A stretch of 64,000 nt of DNA from the NCBI GenBank assembly GCA_027459745.1, contig DAIDHL010000003.1:1125-65124 (forward strand), written 5' to 3'. The stretch's first letter is position 1. Each line of letters starts with the position of its first letter. Positions 38,673-46,511 of this stretch are shown here, piece by piece. The notes under the pieces are model-generated. The model made no database searches. It saw nothing but the letters and a program-made list of their open reading frames with translations, and was not told where the DNA came from. The position numbers were made by a program, and so were the translations under genes. The DNA comes from Candidatus Levyibacteriota bacterium. Lineage in GTDB: Bacteria > Patescibacteriota > Microgenomatia > Levybacterales > UBA12049.

Positions 38673-39671
38673 ATGGATATACCTCCACTATTTCAAATCA
38701 CCAACAACATGTTAACCACTATTGCCCAAATAGAAGGATTGCGATCCTCATTGGAGATTACTCGAGTTCCTGATCTTATATTATCCCATTTACGTTCTGA
38801 AAGTTTGCTCAAAAGTTCTGTTTTTTCAGCTCAGATCGAAGGCAATACATTATCCGTTCAAGATATTCAAAATAGAGAATCAGAAAAAAATGAAACTGAT
38901 TACCAGCATCAAGAAGTTGAAAATATTATTAATGCTTTATCACTAATGCGAGAAAATGAACTTCCGCAAATTATTGATTTGGACTTCATATTAACATTAC
39001 ATAAACAAGTCATGCATAACTTGGTACATTCATCTCAAGCCGGAAAATTAAGACGGGAACCTAGTGCTATTTTTGATCAATCAGGCAATGTCGTTTATAT
39101 GACACCTCCTCCTTCACAATTAGAACCGCTGCTTTCAGATCTACTGCGTTTGATTAATCAATCTGATAATATCTTTCCTCTGATTAAAATTGCGCTTGTG
39201 CATCTCTGTTTTGAAAAAATTCATCCTTTCTTAGATGGCAATGGTAGGGTAGGTAGATTGATTATTCAAGCTTTGCTCGCCAAACATAATTATCATTTTC
39301 AGTGGTTACTTTCCATTGAAGAAGGCTTACAAGAGAAAAAACAAACCTATTATGTTTTGCTTGATAGAAATGATGCCAGTGAATTTATCGAATTCTTTTT
39401 GTCTGTGATTTTAGATGAAGCGGAAAAGTTAAAAGCTAATTTAAGTAATATTAACAATCCACAACCGCAAGATTTTCTTTTACCTCGGAGGAAAGAGATT
39501 TTAAATATTATTACAGAGCAAAATATAGTGTCTTTTGATCAATTACACCGTAGATTTTTAAAAATTCCTGATCGTACTCTGCGTTATGATCTACAACAGT
39601 TAGAAAAGGCTGGCTTTATACAAAAAGTCGGCACGACCAGAGGAGCAATGTATCAAGTTATCAAACATTAA
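38673..39671 (+). CDS. Fic family protein (class II) with C-terminal wHTH
   Basis: HPFLDGNGRVGRLI Fic motif. The N-terminal inhibitory motif is SAQIEGN. Confidence 0.8.
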   Translation: MDIPPLFQITNNMLTTIAQIEGLRSSLEITRVPDLILSHLRSESLLKSSVFSAQIEGNTLSVQDIQNRESEKNETDYQHQEVENIINALSLMRENELPQIIDLDFILTLHKQVMHNLVHSSQAGKLRREPSAIFDQSGNVVYMTPPPSQLEPLLSDLLRLINQSDNIFPLIKIALVHLCFEKIHPFLDGNGRVGRLIIQALLAKHNYHFQWLLSIEEGLQEKKQTYYVLLDRNDASEFIEFFLSVILDEAEKLKANLSNINNPQPQDFLLPRRKEILNIITEQNIVSFDQLHRRFLKIPDRTLRYDLQQLEKAGFIQKVGTTRGAMYQVIKH

Positions 39672-39740
39672 GTATTATTTGACAAAGCTATTATGTTTTG
39701 TTAGCATAAACCAACTATGTGCAAACTACTTAATATTTTT

Positions 39741-39767
39741 ATGACCGGTACAACTACCTCTGTTTAG
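39741..39767 (+). CDS. Thr-rich leader peptide MTGTTTSV (8 aa)
   Basis: ATG ACC GGT ACA ACT ACC TCT GTT TAG. The stop overlaps GCGGGG (39767-72). A TTGACA hexamer lies at 39678. Confidence 0.45.
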   Translation: MTGTTTSV

Positions 39768-39794
39768 CGGGGTTGTATTGATGTGCAATAGATA

Positions 39795-39816
39795 CCCCGC
39801 AAAGCGGGGTTTTTTT
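39795..39816 (+). terminator. Attenuator terminator CCCCGC-AAA-GCGGGG + T7
   Basis: Perfect 6-bp stem and a T7 run. The upstream GCGGGG copy supports an antiterminator alternative. Confidence 0.55.
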
Positions 39817-39847
39817 ATGGTTTGATACCTAAAGAAAGGAGGAAAAA

Positions 39848-40087
39848 ATGGCAAAAGAAATAAAACTTGATGATTTTCATTTTGTCTCACCAGATGTGAG
39901 AGGACAGATTGTACCTGATTTTTATGAAAGACTAATTATCAGACAACCTGATCCACGTTTCAATCTTGATAGCCAAAATTATTTTGGAGCTCAAAGAAAA
40001 GATAAATTACCCAAAGCTTGTTTGGCAAAAGATAGGGCAAGAATCGATTCTATAAGAGCTCAACTAAAAATAGTTGCTAGACAATAA
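39848..40087 (+). CDS. Hypothetical small protein (strong SD)
   Basis: AAAGGAGGAAAAAATG. 79 aa. Confidence 0.45.
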   Translation: MAKEIKLDDFHFVSPDVRGQIVPDFYERLIIRQPDPRFNLDSQNYFGAQRKDKLPKACLAKDRARIDSIRAQLKIVARQ

Positions 40088-40166
40088 TGATGAAAGCAGT
40101 AGAATGGTGGACGCTAGCTACCATTGTCTGCTTTATAAAAGCTCGAGTTTTTGCTATATTACAAAC

Positions 40167-41924
40167 ATGAACACATCAGATAATTTACAAAATCTACGTC
40201 ACACCAGTGCACATCTATTAGCTGCTGCTGTGCAAAAGCTTTATCCCGATGCTAAAAGAGCGATTGGTCCAGCCATTGAATCTGGTTTTTATTACGATTT
40301 TGAGTTTAATAAACCACTTACGGAAGAAGATTTACCCAAAATTGAGGAAGAGATGAAAACGATTCTCAAGACTTGGACAAAAACTGACCATCGAGAAGTA
40401 ACAAACAATGAAGCAATGAAACAATTTAACAATGAGCCTTATAAACTTGAACTAATTGAGGAATTTGCTAAAGAAGGAAAAACATTAACGATCTATAAAA
40501 ATGGCGAGTACGAAGACTTATGCAAAGGCGGCCATGCAGAGAATCCTGCCAAAGAAATTGGCGCTTTCAAACTTTTATCTCTGGCCGGCGCCTATTGGCG
40601 AGGCAGTGAAAAAAATAAAATGTTGACCAGAATTTATGGTACAGCTTTTTCTACTCAAGCTCAACTTGATGAATATTTATTGATGCAAGAAGAAGCCAAA
40701 AAAAGAGATCACAAAAAACTTGCTTCACAACTTGAACTATTCTTCTTTGATGATACTGCTCCTGGTATGGCTTATTGGTTACCCAAAGGGCTAACTCTAT
40801 ATAACACCTTGTATTCTTTTGCTCGAGAAATGTATAGAAAATATGGCTATCAGGAAGTTGCAACTCCTCAGCTCAATAAAAAAGAATTGTATGAAACTTC
40901 TGGTCATTGGGCACATTATCGAGATGATATGTTTTTATCACCCATGAGTTATTTGAGAGATGAATCAGACAATCCCATGGAGGGCAGCGAAGTATTTGGT
41001 GTAAAACCTATGAACTGTCCCAATCACATGCGTATATTTGCACATAAAACACGTTCATATCATGATTTGCCTTTGCGCTTAGCAGAAACGACGAGCCTAC
41101 ATAGATTTGAACTCTCTGGCACATTAAATGGTTTGTTTAGAATCAGACAATTTCGCCAGGATGATGCCCACATCTTTATTTATCCTGAGCAGGCTAAACA
41201 AGAATTTGAGAGTTTACTAAAAATGATTGAAGAAATGTATTCGCCATTTAATTTAACTTACCGCTTCAGATTTGGTACCAGACCAGACAGTCATTTGGGA
41301 GAAGCTTCTGACTGGGATATTGCAGAGGATGTATTACGAAAAGTTCTGAACGCGTCAGGTAAAGAATATTTTGAATTAGCGGGAGAAGGAGCATTTTATG
41401 GCCCTAAAGTCGATATTTTAATGAAAGATTCACTAGGTCGTGAATGGCAGACAGGCACAATTCAGTTGGATATTCAACAACCCAAACGCTTTGGGCTGCA
41501 CTATATAGACAGTGAAGGAAGTGAAAAAATGCCATTTGTCTTTCACAGAGCTATAGTAGGATCATTTGAACGCTTCTTAGGTATCTTAATTGAACACTTC
41601 GCCGGAGTGTTTCCATTATGGATGGCACCTATCCAAGTTGCGCTTCTTCCGATAGCAGATAGGCACGTCGAATACGCGCAGAAAGTCAAGAAGCAGCTTG
41701 AGCAACATGATATCCGAGTAGAAGTATCCGATAATGCTGATACCCTCCAGGCCAAGATACGCAACGCTACTTTACAAAAAGTACCACTTATGGGTATAAT
41801 AGGGGATAAGGAAATAGCTGCAGAAGCTATTTCTGTCCGTTCAAGAGCCGGAGAAAACTTGGGTAGCCAAGCAATCAACGACTTTTTGCAGAAAGTTAAA
41901 CAAGACATTGATAAAAAGATTTAA
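40167..41924 (+). CDS. thrS: Threonine--tRNA ligase lacking the N1 (TGS) domain
   Basis: The editing-domain HxxxH motif (HTSAHLLAAA) is near the N-terminus. Class II core and anticodon-binding domain follow. Start chosen at MNTSDN. Confidence 0.85.
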   Translation: MNTSDNLQNLRHTSAHLLAAAVQKLYPDAKRAIGPAIESGFYYDFEFNKPLTEEDLPKIEEEMKTILKTWTKTDHREVTNNEAMKQFNNEPYKLELIEEFAKEGKTLTIYKNGEYEDLCKGGHAENPAKEIGAFKLLSLAGAYWRGSEKNKMLTRIYGTAFSTQAQLDEYLLMQEEAKKRDHKKLASQLELFFFDDTAPGMAYWLPKGLTLYNTLYSFAREMYRKYGYQEVATPQLNKKELYETSGHWAHYRDDMFLSPMSYLRDESDNPMEGSEVFGVKPMNCPNHMRIFAHKTRSYHDLPLRLAETTSLHRFELSGTLNGLFRIRQFRQDDAHIFIYPEQAKQEFESLLKMIEEMYSPFNLTYRFRFGTRPDSHLGEASDWDIAEDVLRKVLNASGKEYFELAGEGAFYGPKVDILMKDSLGREWQTGTIQLDIQQPKRFGLHYIDSEGSEKMPFVFHRAIVGSFERFLGILIEHFAGVFPLWMAPIQVALLPIADRHVEYAQKVKKQLEQHDIRVEVSDNADTLQAKIRNATLQKVPLMGIIGDKEIAAEAISVRSRAGENLGSQAINDFLQKVKQDIDKKI

Positions 41925-42498
41925 TCGAAATCAAGATCAAAGAAAGCAATACCATATCAATGACCGCATTTATTCGGTAACATTGAGGGTACTTGATGCC
42001 GAAGGTAAACAGATCGGTATCATGGGGAAACATGAAGCACTGAGACTGGCAGCAGAACAAAATGTTGATGTAGTCGAAATTGTACCTAATGCAAATCCGC
42101 CCGTAGCCAAACTGATTGATTTCCAGAAATTTTTGTATCAAGAACAGAAAAAGAAGCAAGAGGAAAAACGCAAAGCTAAGACAACTGAGACAAAAGAAGT
42201 AAGATTGGGACCTTTTATGTCTGATAATGACTTACAAGTCATGATGAGACGAGCAAGAGAGTTCCTAAATAACGGTGATAAAGTAAGAATGGTTTTGAGA
42301 TTTCGCGGCCGTCAGATTACTCATCCAGAATTTGGATACAAGATGATGAGTAAAATGATTGAAGGCTTAGATGACATTTCAAAAGTAGACCGTGAACCTC
42401 ACTTAGAGGGTCACCAAATGGTTGGATTATTATCTGTAGAAAGGAATAAAAAAAATGAAAAAGAAGAAAATAAGCAAAGCAGCGGCCAGACGGTTTAA
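41908..42498 (+). CDS. infC: Translation initiation factor IF-3 (non-ATG start likely)
   Basis: YSVTLRVLDAEGKQIGIM...EIVPNANPPVAKLIDFQKF. The frame begins with TTG and overlaps the thrS end. Confidence 0.8.
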   Translation: MIKRFNRNQDQRKQYHINDRIYSVTLRVLDAEGKQIGIMGKHEALRLAAEQNVDVVEIVPNANPPVAKLIDFQKFLYQEQKKKQEEKRKAKTTETKEVRLGPFMSDNDLQVMMRRAREFLNNGDKVRMVLRFRGRQITHPEFGYKMMSKMIEGLDDISKVDREPHLEGHQMVGLLSVERNKKNEKEENKQSSGQTV

Positions 42499-42652
42499 AA
42501 TTACCAAAACAGGTAAGGTCATGTTTGCCCACCAATATGGCAGTCACAAAAAGTTAACTAAATCTAAACGTAGAATTCGTCGCCAAAAAGAACCAGCCCA
42601 GTTGCACGGAAGATTTGCATTTAAGATTAAAAAGATTTTAGGAGCAGCATAA
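42455..42652 (+). CDS. rpmI: 50S ribosomal protein L35
   Basis: MKKKKISKAAARRFKITKTGKV. 65 aa. Confidence 0.75.
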   Translation: MKKKKISKAAARRFKITKTGKVMFAHQYGSHKKLTKSKRRIRRQKEPAQLHGRFAFKIKKILGAA

Positions 42653-42653
42653 T

Positions 42654-43004
42654 ATGGCAAGAGTAAAACGCGGGATGGTCTCCCGAAGAAAACATAATAA
42701 ATTACTTAAATTAGCTAAAGGCTATACGGGTACTAAGGGTCGTTTGGTCAGAACAGCAAAGCAAGCTGTTTTGCATGCAGGAGCTTATGCCTTCCATGGC
42801 CGCAAACTTCGCAAAAGAGATTTCCGTTCATTATGGATCACTCGCATCAGTGGTGCAGTCAAACAACAAGGTCTTTCTTATAGTGTTTTTATGAATAAGT
42901 TACAAAAGTCTAATATCGTTCTTGACCGCAAGATTTTGAGTGATTTGGTCGTCAATGATCCAGCTGCCTTCAAACATATAGTTGACACAGTTAAAGCAAA
43001 ATAA
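42654..43004 (+). CDS. rplT: 50S ribosomal protein L20
   Basis: MARVKRGMVSRRKHNKLLKLAKGYTG... is a canonical L20. Confidence 0.9.
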   Translation: MARVKRGMVSRRKHNKLLKLAKGYTGTKGRLVRTAKQAVLHAGAYAFHGRKLRKRDFRSLWITRISGAVKQQGLSYSVFMNKLQKSNIVLDRKILSDLVVNDPAAFKHIVDTVKAK

Positions 43005-43010
43005 TATTAT
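42982..43010 (+). promoter_or_regulatory. Promoter TTGACA-17-TATTAT inside the rplT 3' end, driving a leaderless pheM-like leader
   Basis: The -10 ends at 43010; the leader ATG is at 43017. Confidence 0.45.
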
Positions 43011-43016
43011 AAATGC

Positions 43017-43088
43017 ATGAACTCACGTATTAACAATTCTTTTTGGTTTTACTTTACTTCCCCAACCGGGAGGCTTGTTAGTGCTTAA
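43017..43088 (+). CDS. Aromatic/Phe-rich leader peptide MNSRINNSFWFYFTSPTGRLVSA (pheM-like)
   Basis: FWFYF codon run. It contains GGGAGG (43068-73), which matches the terminator 3' half. Its position after rplT is the same as E. coli pheM. Confidence 0.5.
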   Translation: MNSRINNSFWFYFTSPTGRLVSA

Positions 43089-43117
43089 GCACTAACATTG
43101 GAGTAATCCAACTTAGA

Positions 43118-43140
43118 CCTCCCGAAAGGGAGGTTTTTTT
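43118..43140 (+). terminator. Attenuator terminator CCTCCC-GAAA-GGGAGG + T7
   Basis: Perfect 6-bp stem, GNRA loop and seven T residues. Confidence 0.55.
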
Positions 43141-43191
43141 GTACTTATTTTTCAAAACATATTAACAAATATGAGAAAGGAGGTGAAATAC

Positions 43192-43473
43192 ATGTCAGTT
43201 GAAATAAACTCGAGTAAAGGATTAGATGTTGTACGCAAAATTGCAGCAAAAAGAAGGAGTGGCTTTATTATTAGTAATGATTCACTATCTCAAGCAGAAG
43301 TTACATTAGGCCAACGACATTCAAATGCAAACAGAAGAACTCGTTATGATGCTAGTTTACTACAACAAGCATCTGAACACGTTCCAGCTAGTTTGATGAC
43401 CGATGTTGTTAACAATGGATTAGCCATTTTGGTTGATTATACTGGAAATCTCTCGTTAAGAAGAGAACAGTAG
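43192..43473 (+). CDS. Hypothetical small protein (very strong SD AAAGGAGGTGA)
   Basis: 93-aa ORF. Confidence 0.45.
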   Translation: MSVEINSSKGLDVVRKIAAKRRSGFIISNDSLSQAEVTLGQRHSNANRRTRYDASLLQQASEHVPASLMTDVVNNGLAILVDYTGNLSLRREQ

Positions 43474-43506
43474 AGAGAAATAAATAAGAAAGGAGGTGAG
43501 AATATT

Positions 43507-43923
43507 ATGTCACCAGAAATAAAAAAAGATGGAATTATAATTGCGAATGTTCCTGACAAAACAGGAACCTACGTAACTATAAACGGAATCAGCTTATATG
43601 TGAACACCGATCAAATCGATGCTCATAATAACAAACAACAAATCGCTCTTGATTGTGCTGAAATAGGGGGTAAACGCGTTATTGGCTTAACTCAAGAGGG
43701 TAAAGGGAAAAGTTCTGATCTTAAACGAGGAGATGGTAAACTACCGGAGATTGATGTGGTTTTAAACGACCGGCCAATTCGTGTGTCATATACTAGAGTT
43801 CAGCATGAAAGATATAGACCGCATGGATGGGGACTTTGGGGAGAACCGAGCCGAACTATAAAAACAGTACGAAAAGAGACTTACCGTAATCCAAATTGGC
43901 GAAATGGATACAGGGGTAGGTAA
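43507..43923 (+). CDS. Hypothetical protein (very strong SD AAAGGAGGTGA)
   Basis: 138-aa ORF. Confidence 0.45.
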   Translation: MSPEIKKDGIIIANVPDKTGTYVTINGISLYVNTDQIDAHNNKQQIALDCAEIGGKRVIGLTQEGKGKSSDLKRGDGKLPEIDVVLNDRPIRVSYTRVQHERYRPHGWGLWGEPSRTIKTVRKETYRNPNWRNGYRGR

Positions 43924-44011
43924 AACTGTTATACTGGGGTTAATTAATAGCGCACCCCAGCCTAAACAGTGAAAAATGTGTTAAATTATGTTACTCTTTT
44001 AGCTGAAACGT

Positions 44012-45160
44012 ATGTATTTTAAAACCGCCAAACGCTTAGAATTATTTTCAGAATATGTCTTTGCTAAAATTGGCAGGGAAGTGGCCAAAATCGAGAAAGA
44101 GGCTGGTAAAAAGGTACTCAATTTCGGCATTGGTTCTCCTGACGTGCCGACCAGTGAAATTTATTTAGACAAATTGGAAGAATATTTGCATGATGGCAAA
44201 ATGCATTTGTATCCGGGTTTTCGTGCATGTAAGGAATTGTCTGAAGCCTTAATCAGTTGGTATCAACAAAGATTTAATGTTGATTTAAATTCAGATGAAT
44301 TATTGCCATTGTTGGGCGCTAAAGAAGGAATCGCCCATTTGCCTTTGGCTTTATTAAATGAAGGAGATGAGATATTAATTCCCAATCCAGGTTATCCAGC
44401 CTACACCGATCCGGCCTTAATGATCGGGGCTAAACCGATTTATTATGATTTAACGGATAACGAAACAAATCCGATTGATTTAACATCCCTATCAAAATTA
44501 ATAACACCTAAAACTAAATGTATGTGGGTAAATTTTCCGTCTAACCCGACTGGAAAAATAATAACTCTATCAGCTTTGGAGGAATTAGTAGAGTTTGCTA
44601 AAAAGCACAATTTAATAATTCTTTATGACAATGCTTATGCCGAAATTACCTTTGATGGGAATAAAGCACCCAGTATTTTACAAATTAAAGGAGCCAAAGA
44701 CATTGCCATTGAGATAGGTTCATTTTCTAAAACGTATTCGTTCGCTGGTTTACGTATGGGTTGGATTGTGGGGAATAAACAAATTGTCGATGCTCTGGCC
44801 AAAGTAAAATCACAAGTTGATTCAGGCATGTGGTTACCTTTACAAAAACTTGGTGCTTATGCACTGACTAATCCTGATCTGGTTTGGCAGAAACAAATGT
44901 TAGAAAGTTATCAACTCAGAAGAGATATTATAGCTAAAAAGCTTAAAACACTTGGTCTGATATTTGAATTACCACGCGGAGCTTTATATATTTGGGCCAA
45001 AATTCCGGATACATATAAAAATTCAGAAGAATATTCCATGCACATTCTACACGAGAAAAAAATTCTTTTGACACCAGGTACCGCCTTCGGTTCCAATGGA
45101 GAACGCTTTGTCAGAGTAAGTTATTGTGTAAATATAGAGGGGATAGAGAGGTATTTTTAA
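44012..45160 (+). CDS. Class I/II PLP-dependent aminotransferase (LL-DAP/aromatic aminotransferase-like)
   Basis: NPGYPAYTDPA... and the PLP-lysine motif SFSKTYSFAGLRMGW. Confidence 0.75.
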   Translation: MYFKTAKRLELFSEYVFAKIGREVAKIEKEAGKKVLNFGIGSPDVPTSEIYLDKLEEYLHDGKMHLYPGFRACKELSEALISWYQQRFNVDLNSDELLPLLGAKEGIAHLPLALLNEGDEILIPNPGYPAYTDPALMIGAKPIYYDLTDNETNPIDLTSLSKLITPKTKCMWVNFPSNPTGKIITLSALEELVEFAKKHNLIILYDNAYAEITFDGNKAPSILQIKGAKDIAIEIGSFSKTYSFAGLRMGWIVGNKQIVDALAKVKSQVDSGMWLPLQKLGAYALTNPDLVWQKQMLESYQLRRDIIAKKLKTLGLIFELPRGALYIWAKIPDTYKNSEEYSMHILHEKKILLTPGTAFGSNGERFVRVSYCVNIEGIERYF

Positions 45161-45166
45161 TAGTTA

Positions 45167-45283
45167 TTGTCATCCCGAGCGAACGTAGTGAGTCGAGGGA
45201 TCTCTCGTGGATGCGAGAAACTTCACACATAAAATGTGAGATTCCTCCACTCCTTCACTTTGCTCAGTAGGTCGGAATGACAA
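45167..45283. repeat. 117-bp imperfect-palindromic MITE/REP-like element (copy A) between the aminotransferase and pheS
   Basis: Termini TTGTCATCCCGAGCGAAC...GTCGGAATGACAA. The core carries two small hairpins (TCTCG-TGGATG-CGAGA and TCACA-TAAAA-TGTGA). Confidence 0.5.
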
Positions 45284-45338
45284 TTTATCAAAATTAAAAA
45301 TTGGAAATTATTCAATATAGTATTATAATTAACACATT

Positions 45339-46373
45339 ATGGAAGAGGAATTATTGAGAATTAAAAACAACGCCATTTCACTCATCCTGGAAGCTAAAAG
45401 CAAACAAGAATTAAATGAAATCAAACTTCAATTTGTCGGACGTAGTGGTGAACTAACTAAAATATTTAAAGAAATAACCAAACTCTCTCCAGATAAGAAA
45501 GCTGAAGTAGGTAAAAAAATCAACGAAACCAAACAAATTGTCGAAAATTTAATCAACCAAACCGAGGCCAAACTTGGTGAAAAAGCCAGACAGCGAGTCG
45601 CCCATAATATTGACGTTACTGATCCGGCCGTCCTTCCTCCACTTGGACATTTACATCCAGTCACTCAGGTCATCGAAGAGATAACCAACATTTTCGAGCG
45701 TATCGGTTTTACCCGTGAACGTTATCCTGAAATTGATTTTGATTGGTTTGCATTTGAAGCACTAAATTTTCCCCAAGATCATCCAGCAAGAGATGACTGG
45801 GAAACGTTTTTTATAAGACAACAACCTGATCCCAAACATGGACCGGTTGTATTAATACCGCATACTTCAAACGGACAAATCCGAGAAATGTTAAATAAAG
45901 AACTACCTATCAAAATGTTAAATATTGCCAAGACTTATCGACGACAATCTGATGTTTCACACGCTGCGATGTTCCATCAGTTTGAAACTCTAGTCGTAGG
46001 CAAGAATATCTCCATAGTCCATTTAAAAGGTACTTTGGATTATTTTGTAAAATCATATTTCGGTGCCGATAGAAAAACTAGAATTAGACCATATCATTTT
46101 CAATTTACCGAACCTTCATTTGAAGTTGATATTTCTTGTGGAGTGTGTGATGGAAAGGGCTGTAAACTTTGCAAAGCTGGTTGGCTCGAATTGGGTGGGG
46201 CAGGGATGGTCCATCCAAATGTTCTAAAAGCATGTAATATCGATCCCAACGAATATTCAGGTTTTGCCTCAGGATTTGGTGTGGAACGAGTTCTAATGAT
46301 GCGTGAGGGTTTGCAGATAGATGATCTACGAACGTTGTATGGAAATAAGCTAGAGTTTCTAGAACAGTTTTAA
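45339..46373 (+). CDS. pheS: Phenylalanine--tRNA ligase alpha subunit
   Basis: Class II core motifs (FQFTEPSFEVD, GAGMVHPNVL). Confidence 0.9.
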   Translation: MEEELLRIKNNAISLILEAKSKQELNEIKLQFVGRSGELTKIFKEITKLSPDKKAEVGKKINETKQIVENLINQTEAKLGEKARQRVAHNIDVTDPAVLPPLGHLHPVTQVIEEITNIFERIGFTRERYPEIDFDWFAFEALNFPQDHPARDDWETFFIRQQPDPKHGPVVLIPHTSNGQIREMLNKELPIKMLNIAKTYRRQSDVSHAAMFHQFETLVVGKNISIVHLKGTLDYFVKSYFGADRKTRIRPYHFQFTEPSFEVDISCGVCDGKGCKLCKAGWLELGGAGMVHPNVLKACNIDPNEYSGFASGFGVERVLMMREGLQIDDLRTLYGNKLEFLEQF

Positions 46374-46377
46374 CGCA

Positions 46378-46494
46378 TTGTGATCCCGACCGACTGAGCA
46401 AAGTGAAGGAGTGGAGGAATCTCTCGCGAATGCGAGAAAAATTGCACATAAAGTGCGAAATCCCTCGGCTCACTCCGTTCGCTCGAGATGACAG
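46378..46494. repeat. 117-bp MITE/REP-like element (copy B) between pheS and pheT
   Basis: Its arms are about 90% identical to the opposite arms of copy A. The core is in the same orientation, with compensatory hairpin changes. Confidence 0.5.
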
Positions 46495-46511
46495 ATCAAC
46501 AAATAAAACAT

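Noticed and set aside
40074-40166. Upstream extension of thrS from a TTG at 40074
   Set aside because: The extension translates to implausible sequence (SFCYITN) with no homology to the ThrRS N1/TGS domain. The ATG at 40167, just before the HxxxH editing motif, is preferred.
45161-45338. Possible T-box riboswitch upstream of pheS (and likewise upstream of thrS and tyrS)
   Set aside because: No T-box consensus (AATTAGGGTGGNACCGCG-like) or specifier-loop architecture is present. The regions are instead explained by a palindromic repeat (pheS) and a leader-peptide attenuator (thrS).
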